DNA of 63,441 nt, filler included, from Octopus bimaculoides (taxonomy: Eukaryota): assembly GCF_001194135.2 (NCBI RefSeq). It is 5 parts of 4 records of this genome, joined end to end, with 100 filler letters (N's around TTAATTAATTAA, not from the genome) between each part and the next. Parts side by side here need not be neighbours in the genome. Positions count along the whole stretch, not along the records: positions 28,986 to 41,074 come from NC_068998.1; positions 41,175 to 45,688 come from NC_068989.1; 3 more parts are not named here. The stretch is one strand, 5' to 3'. Each line of letters opens with the position of its first letter. Position 1 is the first letter of the stretch. A program made the translations under genes and the position numbers. Positions 35,309-45,788 of the stretch are shown here, in pieces. Below the pieces are notes generated by a model. It was not told the DNA's origin and did no database searches. It saw nothing but the letters and a program-made list of their open reading frames with translations.

Positions 35309-36278
35309 NNNNNNNNNNNNNNNNNNNNNNNNNNNNNNNNNNNNNNNNNNNNNNNNNNNNNNNNNNNNNNNNNNNNNNNNNNNNNNNNNNNNNNNNNNNN
35401 NNNNNNNNNNNNNNNNNNNNNNNNNNNNNNNNNNNNNNNNNNNNNNNNNNNNNNNNNNNNNNNNNNNNNNNNNNNNNNNNNNNNNNNNNNNNNNNNNNNN
35501 NNNNNNNNNNNNNNNNNNNNNNNNNNNNNNNNNNNNNNNNNNNNNNNNNNNNNNNNNNNNNNNNNNNNNNNNNNNNNNNNNNNNNNNNNNNNNNNNNNNN
35601 NNNNNNNNNNNNNNNNNNNNNNNNNNNNNNNNNNNNNNNNNNNNNNNNNNNNNNNNNNNNNNNNNNNNNNNNNNNNNNNNNNNNNNNNNNNNNNNNNNNN
35701 NNNNNNNNNNNNNNNNNNNNNNNNNNNNNNNNNNNNNNNNNNNNNNNNNNNNNNNNNNNNNNNNNNNNNNNNNNNNNNNNNNNNNNNNNNNNNNNNNNNN
35801 NNNNNNNNNNNNNNNNNNNNNNNNNNNNNNNNNNNNNNNNNNNNNNNNNNNNNNNNNNNNNNNNNNNNNNNNNNNNNNNNNNNNNNNNNNNNNNNNNNNN
35901 NNNNNNNNNNNNNNNNNNNNNNNNNNNNNNNNNNNNNNNNNNNNNNNNNNNNNNNNNNNNNNNNNNNNNNNNNNNNNNNNNNNNNNNNNNNNNNNNNNNN
36001 NNNNNNNNNNNNNNNNNNNNNNNNNNNNNNNNNNNNNNNNNNNNNNNNNNNNNNNNNNNNNNNNNNNNNNNNNNNNNNNNNNNNNNNNNNNNNNNNNNNN
36101 NNNNNNNNNNNNNNNNNNNNNNNNNNNNNNNNNNNNNNNNNNNNNNNNNNNNNNNNNNNNNNNNNNNNNNNNNNNNNNNNNNNNNNNNNNNNNNNNNNNN
36201 NNNNNNNNNNNNNNNNNNAATTTATGGAGGAGTAAACAAACCAACACCAGTTGCTAAATGTTCGTGGGGTAGAAAAGT

Positions 36279-36321
<43 letters not shown>

Positions 36322-36723
36322 CACTCATCGTTTTTTTACAATATTCTCGAATTTGTGGGAATTCCGGATTTGAAGAAAGCGGACAAGAGGTCCGTTAGTG
36401 TAGTGTAGATGTAAACGAGCACTGGCAAAGCAATTCTATTCGCCAATTCATAATATTCAGTGAAACACTAAAACGAGACCGATTTACATCATCTCCTTTC
36501 AGATATGCACCAAAAATTAAATAGATGAATAAATAAACAAACAAATAAACAAACAAACAAACAAGCAAACAAACAAATAAATAGAGCTTCGTAAAGGTCA
36601 CCGAATTCATGACCTTATATAACTACACAGGTCACAGACGACTTGCATAAATTTACAGTTGCGTTCACCGAAACCAAATTTTGAGATTCTCATTTCCTAT
36701 TTCATATAAGTAGGCAGGTTCCA

Positions 36724-36735
36724 TGCGCATGCGCA
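36724..36735. promoter_or_regulatory. Perfect NRF-1/Ewg/P3A2-type palindrome TGCGCATGCGCA
   Basis: Exact match to YGCGCAYGCGCR in unique sequence. Motif match only. Confidence 0.4.
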
Positions 36736-36896
36736 TTGATGACATAGTTCCCATTTATCAGATTTAGTTTGTCGCTGATAACGTCGTATCATTTTTATTT
36801 CATATATTATTTGTATTCAAATATTCTGGTTATGAGGCAAAATTGGTCAACAGCCGTCCCAAGGCAAAATTTATAATTGTAGATGCTAACTTGTAA

Positions 36897-36962
<66 letters not shown>

Positions 36963-37348
36963 GTTACACACACACACACACACATACTTATATATGCATT
37001 GGCGGTGCCCCAGCATGGCCGCAGCCTCAAGGCTGAAATATATAAAAGAATAAAAGAATATATTCATATATATATGCATGAGTGCACATATTAAGTTTGG
37101 CGGTGGGAAATACAATCCATCCGACAAGCTTCCTCATAGTTTCCCCTCTAGCCAGTTTCACTGACGTAGCAGGGATCAATTTGTTAATCAGAAGGAATAT
37201 GAAAAACTCGAGTCAATAGAAACTGAGACCCGCTCAAGACTTCATGCAACGGTACTGAAGCCTGGACATAAAGATGGAGAATCGAACTTTTAAACCATCC
37301 CACCGTACTAGATCTACATTGTACATACATACATACACTTATACGTGC

Positions 37349-37391
<43 letters not shown>

Positions 37392-37793
37392 NNNNNNNNN
37401 NNNNNNNNNNNNNNNNNNNNNNNNNNNNNNNNNNNNNNNNNNNNNNNNNNNNNNNNNNNNNNNNNNNNNNNNNNNNNNNNNNNNNNNNNNNNNNNNNNNN
37501 NNNNNNNNNNNNNNNNNNNNNNNNNNNNNNNNNNNNNNNNNNNNNNNNNNNNNNNNNNNNNNNNNNNNNNNNNNNNNNNNNNNNNNNNNNNNNNNNNNNN
37601 NNNNNNNNNNNNNNNNNNNNNNNNNNNNNNNNNNNNNNNNNNNNNNNNNNNNNNNNNNNNNNNNNNNNNNNNNNNNNNNNNNNNNNNNNNNNNNNNNNNN
37701 NNNNNNNNNNNNNNNNNNNNNNNNNNNNNNNNNNNNNNNNNNNNNNNNNNNNNNNNNNNNNNNNNNNNNNNNNNNNNNNNNNNNNNNNNNNNN

Positions 37794-37828
<35 letters not shown>

Positions 37829-38365
37829 GTATGCACATATATATCTACACATATACATATATACACGTGCTCTCATATATGCATACACACATACACAATA
37901 ATTCAACCATGATAGAACACAACACACGCAATCACTCACACAAGTACACAATAGTGCTCAGTCCCCACACACAACACACAATCAGTCACACGCACACACA
38001 ACAGATACCACACACACACACTGACAGTTTATGCTATATGTATTTCATTGTGACACGATGGTCACCAGATGTTGCTCATACGAAAGTGTCATAGTATGTT
38101 CATCACCCCGCCCACTTTGTAGTCTACAGGGAAGTTTAGCTTCTATGATTCCTGTCTAGGAATCGGTTTCGGATATCACCGATAATAATGACTGCCATCC
38201 AACATTTATATATGTTTTTCAGAGGAATGGTAAATGCATAGTGGAAGTCTTAAAGTCTTCCATAAGTCAGGATTTTAATATAATTCCTTGATTTAACTTT
38301 GTCAACGGTGCATTCTTTTATTTTCAGACCCTCTGATTCTTGTCGCTTATGTCAAATATATTTTC

Positions 38366-38453
<88 letters not shown>

Positions 38454-38478
38454 CATATATAGATGCACATACACACAT

Positions 38479-38643
38479 AGGCGCAGGAGTGGCTGTGTGG
38501 TAAGTAGCTTGCTTTCCACCCACATGGTTCCGGGTTCAGTCCCACTGCATGGCACCTTATGCAAGTGTCTTCTACTGTAGCCTTGGGTTGACCAATTCTT
38601 GTGAATGGATTTGGTAGCTGGAAACTGAAAGAAGCCCGTCATA
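38479..38643 (+). mobile_element. SINE family A head
   Basis: AGGCGCAGGAGTGGCTGTGTGGTAAG...GGGTTCAGTCCC...GAAAGAAGCCCGTC. Confidence 0.85.
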
Positions 38644-38645
38644 TA

Positions 38646-38865
38646 TGAAGGCGTGTTTGGCATCATCTTGGTTTTTGAAGCATTTCTCACGCAGGAAGTT
38701 GTCGAGATGCTTGAAAAAGTGGTAGTCGGTGTGCGAGAGGTCTGGTGAGTATGGCGGATGAGGCAGAGTTTCGTAGCCCAATTCGTTCAACTTCTGCAGG
38801 GTCAGTTGTGCGACGTGCGGCCGAGCGTTGTCGTGGAGAAGAATTGGTCCTTTTCTATTGACCAA
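38646..38865 (-). mobile_element. Mariner (DD34D) transposase internal fragment
   Basis: ILLHDNARPHVA...LPHPPYSPDLSHTDYHFF contains the HDNA and YSPDL..xD motifs, with no internal stop. No TIRs seen. Confidence 0.9.
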
Positions 38866-39270
38866 ATGTTGGGCCTTGTGCCTAGAGTAGAAAAGACTGG
38901 TGTTAAGTTTAAATCAATTGAATGTACTACGTTATATATTTGGTTGAAGGGGTTGTATGTATTTCGAACCAGCCAGCCACAACCAGAAAACGACCCTACA
39001 AACCTGGTGTTTGCATAACAACTTTAGCCAAAACAGGAGTTCATTAAACGACTAGTAGTAGTAGTAGTAGTGGTGATGGTGTTGGTGGTGGTCTTCGTAG
39101 TAGTAGCTGTAGGTTAGTAGTTACACGTAGACTAAAAGTACATGAAAACCTGGACTTTGAAGAAACGCTAGTTGAAACATCTTGGCAGTTTGCTTGGCCA
39201 GGTCACTGGAGAGTCAAAGTTGCCACTATCTAGTTACACAGAAAAAACCATCATATGATATATGCGTAAA

Positions 39271-39307
<37 letters not shown>

Positions 39308-39589
39308 NNNNNNNNNNNNNNNNNNNNNNNNNNNNNNNNNNNNNNNNNNNNNNNNNNNNNNNNNNNNNNNNNNNNNNNNNNNNNNNNNNNNNNNNNNNNN
39401 NNNNNNNTATATATATATATATCTTTATTTATATATGTATATGCACATGCCTACATAGAGAACTACACCAACACAAACATACACCGACGCATATAACAAA
39501 ATTTATAAATATATACATTATACACGCACTACACACACACAGATGCGTTCGCGCGCGTGTATGTGTATCATTATGTCTGTATTTGTCTC

Positions 39590-39770
39590 CTACCGCTTTA
39601 CAACCGGTGTTGGTGTGTCTACTTCCCTGTAACTTAGCTGTTCGACAAAACGTACCGACAGAATAAGCACTAGGATTTTAAAAATAATTAGTCCTGGGGT
39701 CGATTTGTTCAGCTAAGATTCTTCAAGGCGATGCCACAGCATGGCCGCAGTCTAATGACTGAAACAAGGA
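39590..39770 (+). mobile_element. SINE family A tail
   Basis: ...GTCCTGGGGTCGATTTG...CAGCATGGCCGCAGTCTAATGACTGAAACAAG. Confidence 0.8.
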
Positions 39771-39775
39771 AAAGA

Positions 39776-40000
39776 AACGCTCGGGAAGGCGAGAAAGTCT
39801 TTTACGTTTCGAGCCGACGCTCTTCGAGAGAAAGCACTAAGAGGAAGAACATGGAGATTCCGTGTTCCTTTCAGTTGAAGAGCGTAGGCTCGAAACATCA
39901 AAGACTTTCTCTATTCCCGAGCGTTAAAGTAATACATCCATTTGTTGTTTACACCACCTGTCTTCGTCTGTTGTTTTTGTCGTAAATTCTCCCATATATA
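39776..40000. mobile_element. Fold-back of a probable Penelope-type terminal repeat with degenerate hammerhead-like motifs
   Basis: 39776-39827 is an imperfect reverse complement of ~39875-39925. Both arms read GAAGAGC-N4-GCTCGAAAC. The tail ends in (TA)n. Confidence 0.6.
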
Positions 40001-40589
40001 TATATGTATATATATGTATATGTGTGAGAGAGGGAGGGACTCTTTATCTTTGTGTGTATGTGAGAATATTTTTTATGTGGGTTTAAGATTGGCGCCACAG
40101 AGTGCGCTAAGAAATGTTTTGCAGTACTTTAGCTCTGAGTTCCGAGTCCAAACCCTTCTGGGAAAGATGTTTACCCTTTTATCTTACCCAATGCCGATAA
40201 ATAAATATATAAATATCAGTCAAAGATATACAATGACTATATACACTTCTTCAAAAATTTATCGTCTTGTGTCCGTCTCATGTAACATATTCGAAACAAT
40301 ATTTTCAACAACAATAACAAAAATGTGATCATATTAAAAAGGAACAAGGAAAGAAACATGCTTTCTAAACAAGGAAGGAAGTGTTTGCCATAGAACTTTC
40401 AACGTTACAAAATAACGGCCGATTGTTCAAGAACAATTCTTCAGTAATATAAGCTGAAAGATAAAGTAACAATGGTTCGTGAAAGAATTCAACAAACCTC
40501 AGAAACCGTGGCTTGAATCTAAGTCATAGATTCCAACATTCAGACAATGTAATAGTACCGCCATCACCGCTAACACCTCCACCACCACC

Positions 40590-40711
<122 letters not shown>

Positions 40712-41074
40712 CTTTTTAATAATGTTAAGTTTGGTTTTGTGGTACGACAACAAAATATATAAAACTGTTAGAGTTAATAGTACAAAGTAAACGAAAACCA
40801 CAAAACCAAAAAAAAAAAAAAAACCCCCAAAAAAAACAACTAAACCAGAATCCAGAGTTACTAGTAAACTATTAAGTCTTTTAGTGCTTCTAATTATTTG
40901 GAATGGTTCTTTCTGACACCCTTTTATTTTCGGAAACCAGGACAATGCACTTTAGAGAATTGTTACGTACAAGATGAATTCCAGAAGTTATGAGACTTTT
41001 TCAGGAGGGGCATTCATTAATCTTAAAGAAGCTTAAAGCTTTAATCTCCCTTAGATTAGGACCCTCTGACTTCA

Positions 41075-41174
41075 NNNNNNNNNNNNNNNNNNNNNNNNNN
41101 NNNNNNNNNNNNNNNNNNTTAATTAATTAANNNNNNNNNNNNNNNNNNNNNNNNNNNNNNNNNNNNNNNNNNNN
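41075..41174. other. Synthetic scaffold join N44-TTAATTAATTAA-N44
   Basis: Same 100-bp structure. Confidence 0.95.
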
Positions 41175-41348
41175 CACCCACTACACTCTCTGAGTGGTTG
41201 GCGTTAGGAAGGGCATCCAGCTGTAGAAACTCTGCCAAATTAGATTGGAGCCTGGTGTAGCCATCCGGTTGCACCAGTCCTCAGTCAAATCGTCCAACCC
41301 ATGCTAGCATGGAAAGTGGACGTTAAACGATGATGATGATGATGATGA

Positions 41349-41350
<2 letters not shown>
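41175..41350 (+). mobile_element. 3' end of a retroposon (SINE or LINE tail) ending in (GAT)n
   Basis: GTGGTTGGCGTTAGGAAGGGCATCCAGC...GGACGTTAAACGATGATGAT; tandem-triplet tail typical of RTE-type 3' ends. Confidence 0.6.
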
Positions 41351-41399
<49 letters not shown>

Positions 41400-44009
41400 T
41401 AGACAGATAGATAGATAGATAGATAGACAGATAGATAGATAGATGGATAGATAGATAGATGGATATATGTATATATCTGTGTAGTTCTATATACTTCTAT
41501 GCATATATATATATATACAGAGAGAGAGAGGGGGGGCAGGCTATTATATGTCTATATTGGATTAAATATATGCTTAAATGATCTAAAGAAACATAAATCA
41601 CCATCTTTATACTGTGATAATTAATATTTTTGCAAATAATACTAAAATGATTTTAGTAATAATAACTATAATAATATTAATTGAGGGTATAAACCCAAAC
41701 ATACGGGAATTAGCTCTGAATAAATAATGTACACCATACAGTAAAATGTAAACAAAACTGCTACAATTGATTGTGATATGAATCAACATTTTATAAACTA
41801 CAACTGTAATACCAGAGGTGATTATAAGACTAGAATTCAATTTGATTTAAAAAGTAATGCTATAACCTTCAACTGAATACCAGCGCAGGAAGCTTATTTG
41901 AATTAATTCACTTTGAAAACATTGTGAGTAATGGACCCTTGATGAAATTGCAGTGACTAGGATGCATAATTGCACACAGAGCAATGTGTAGTTGCTGCAA
42001 TTGAAACATATGTTGGTCATTGTTATATACGCTTTTTTAATAAAAAGTTTTGGATGTGAATAAATCTCCACTCTCCTCTTCATTTTCAGTTATATATATC
42101 TGAGTACTATCAAGATCACGTCATTGTTTCTCTGATAATTTCTCTCCTGTCTATTAACCCTAGCTCTCACCCATTCCATTTCCTCTATTATTAGCACCTT
42201 TCCCTCTTACCACACATCCTTTTATCACTCATCTGTCTATTACCCAATTTACTATAACCAATATCTCTTCTGCCCATGCCTTTATGCTTCACACACCCAT
42301 ACCGCTATTACTTCATCTTCCAATCCCTCCCTCCCTTCTCAATTTCACTGTTCCATACTGCTTGTAGATGAAATTGGCATTAGATCTCATGTCTGCCCTT
42401 TGGTTCAAGTTCAGCTACAGATGCCACAACAACTATCTGATCAGATGTCCCTCTCACCAACACTAATTTGTGCCACACATTGGTTTAGTACCCAACTTAT
42501 ACTGTTCACTGGTACCCAACCACATTCCATTCTTGTGACTATCACTTTCATCAATCAAGCTCTCAATCCCATCTTGAAACTTATGTGTAGGATGCTGAAT
42601 CGAACCATTGTGCTCTGTATACTATACCTTTACTCTCCTCTCCTGTACTGTTTGTCCTCACTCCATTTATATTATATTCTTGCTTCTTTCTCTCCCACAC
42701 ATCCAAAGTCTCTGTCATCACTCCTTTTTCTGTGTCATGTAGTCTTCTACTACCACCTTATCCTCTTACTCACCATTCTGAATATACATATCTCGGAAAA
42801 CTGAGTACCTCATCACTCATCCCTTCTCCTCATCACTTATTGACATATCACTCAATCTCTATTACACATCCCTCTTCTCACTATCATTCATTCTCACCTC
42901 CTGCTATGTACAGAGGCTGACAAGTGAGCAAAAATGAGGTTCCTTAAGTCAAGTCAAGGGCAGAACACCTCTCTAGGACTGGTGCTATGCAAAAAAGTAC
43001 CCACTCTGAAAGCTGATTGATGTAAGGAAGAATAACAAACTGTAGAAATAAAACCAAAAATTAAACACAAGCAAAATGCAATCCTTTGAACGCATTTATG
43101 GAAGTAGTACACCGAAATATGTGCTGACTTCAGTGGTAGTAATCAAGCCAAAACTGAGACACTGGAATGAAGTAAATCCTCCAACCCACTGGATCCTATC
43201 TAACTATCTAACCTATGCAGTGTTGTAACGTAATTTGTTACATACAATAAATAAGATAACCAGACAATAGTAAAAACAATGTAATGAACTAACAAATCTC
43301 TTTACAAACCAAACAATCAATATTCCTTGTGAACTAACCAACCAACACCTGACTTCACTGGACTCCGAACTCTGAACTTCAAACTCACTTGGATCGTTAC
43401 TATTGCAAGGGGGCATTGTAACTCTCATCACAACATCTTCCCTTTTGAGATTTCAACTACTGTGAAAAAGTGGAATTTCTTTTATTTTTATTTAGTTTTT
43501 CCTTCCAGTACCTCTCCTCTTTCTTTTTAGCTGTTGTATCTTAATTGTTGCCCGACTTTTAAGGTATAAAATCTGCTTTAACAACTTTCATCTAACCCAT
43601 GCAAGTATGGAAAAATGAACATTACAATGATGATGATGATATATCACTTGAATGGTTTTCATCTCTGCTGATGTAAGCCAAACATTTTGACTTTTGTCTC
43701 CACATTCCATACCAACACAGTTGTTTTACCTCGTATTGTAATTTATGGCATCAAATACACTGGTTACTTACTATAGGAGAACTTCTACCCCATCCTGCCT
43801 TACCACTATCACTGATTGTCTTGTATCTCTCAGGTATTTATATAAATTTCTTGCATGTTTGTAATTAATATTTTGACCTTGTCCAAGAATGCATTCAGTA
43901 AGAGTAAGTGCTCTTTATAAATTGCATTGTAATTTGAAGGCTGAAATGCATACTAGATGAAGTAAAGGAATACCAAATTCATGCTTCTTACTAGCTTTCA
44001 TAATATATA

Positions 44010-45167
44010 CTAGCAGTAAAACCCGTTGTTGATCGGGTAATTACTTTTACTGCTTATCAGGAGCAACATTGAAAGTGTTATTATATGTATAATTTACTCC
44101 TCCTGTATGTATGTATTTTTAGAAGAGAAAATCATGTAATAATTGAAGTAGAAGATCAATATCATACATGAACTTGTGTTTGTTTATGATATGACAATAA
44201 TAAGTGAGTTGTATGTGTTATTTTATTTATCTATACAATAATGGCAATGATATAATATTTTAATAAGAGAAAAAATGTGATATCTGAAGTAGAAAAAAGA
44301 TCATTTTTATACATGAAGTTCTGTTTGTTTATTACATGATAATAATAAGAGACAGTGACTGAAGAGACAGAGAGAAAAAGAGAGAGACAGAAATACAGAG
44401 AGAAAGATAGTGGCAGAAAGGGAGAGATTGACAGAAAGAGAGAGAAGGAAGGAGAGAGAGACAGGAAGAGAGAGCAATAGATGACAGAAGGAGAGAGACA
44501 TAAAGAGAGAGAGGGAAAGAAAGAGAAAGAAGGAAAGAGAGACAAAGAGAGAAAGGAGGAGAGACAGAAAGGAGAAAAAGAGAGAGAATAAAAGGGGGAA
44601 AGGAAGAGAGAGAGGGAGAAAGAAATAGAAAGAAAGAGAGAGAAATAGACAGATAGAGATAGATAGGTAGAGAGATAGAGAGAAAGAGAAACAGACAGAT
44701 AAAAAAATAGTGGCGCCGTTTCTTTAGAGTTCCGCTCTGCTAGCCATGCTGGAGCACCACCATGAAGAATTTTTAGTTGGATGTATTGACCCCAGAACGT
44801 TTTTTTTTTAATTTTTACTTGTGGCAGTCATTAGAAAGAGAGAGATTGACTGTATTTGATTGTTCAGAAGAGACCATCCTTGAAATGAATGAATATATAT
44901 GGTGTGATGGTTGTCATTGTCTTGAATGCTGACCATTCTTGCCACAGGACAATTTCTGGCCAAACAGAAAGACAGGAAGATGAATAGAGAGAGAGGGGGG
45001 AGAGAGAGAAATTGAAAGGTGTCGATTCTTAGAAAATTTTTGGTACTTTAGCTCTGGTCACACCATCATCATCATTATCATCACCATAGTTTAAGTGTGA
45101 AAGTGGATAAAACACCCACACTTATAAATGAGACAAACAGACAGAATCTCTCTTTTATATATATAGA
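44010..45167 (-). mobile_element. Non-autonomous Helitron, both ends present
   Basis: On the minus strand: 5' A|TCTATATATATAAAAG (45167), 3' hairpin ACCCG-N8-CGGGT (44021-44038) and terminal CTAG|T (44013-44010). Confidence 0.75.
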
Positions 45168-45194
45168 TGATCGTAATATGTAATAGCCCTAAGG

Positions 45195-45410
45195 TGGTTA
45201 GCTGTCTGAATTGTTAGTTTGCCAGGCAAAATGCTTAGCAGCATTTCATGCATCCTTACACTCTCTAAGTTCAAATTCCAACAAAGTCGACTTTGCCTTT
45301 CATCCATTCAAGGTTGATAAAATAAGTACCAGTTGAACACTGGGGTCGATGTAATCGACTAGCCCCCACCCACCGAAATTGCTGGCCTTCTTTCAAAATT
45401 TGAACCCTAT
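45195..45410 (+). mobile_element. SINE family C, CpG-decayed copy
   Basis: GAGTTCAAATTCC-type B box variant and ...GTACCAGTTGAACACTGGGGTCGATGTAATCGAC. Confidence 0.75.
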
Positions 45411-45688
45411 ATTATGTAATAGCCCTGTACTGATTACATATAACCCAATAAAATCCCACTGCAGAGGGAGTTAGCATGAATACTATTTACATGGTCAATA
45501 TACAGTTTGAGACCCGTTAACAAAAAGAAAAAAAAAACAGCCTATGTAAAAAAATGTGTAGAAAGCGAATATGAAAGAAAATTGCGCAAACGGGGTGGGG
45601 GTATTGAAAGGACTTTTGGAAAACTCACAAGATCCGATTTTTTCACCATAACTTTCATGAAAATGGATATATATTGATGAAATTTTAT

Positions 45689-45788
45689 NNNNNNNNNNNN
45701 NNNNNNNNNNNNNNNNNNNNNNNNNNNNNNNNTTAATTAATTAANNNNNNNNNNNNNNNNNNNNNNNNNNNNNNNNNNNNNNNNNNNN
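45689..45788. other. Synthetic scaffold join N44-TTAATTAATTAA-N44
   Basis: Same 100-bp structure. Confidence 0.95.

Noticed and set aside
43213-43460. Exon-like minus segment after a TTTTCACAG acceptor (MRVTMPPCNSNDPSEFEV...)
   Set aside because: All three frames from that acceptor hit stops within 11 codons, and the donor GTGTTG is poor
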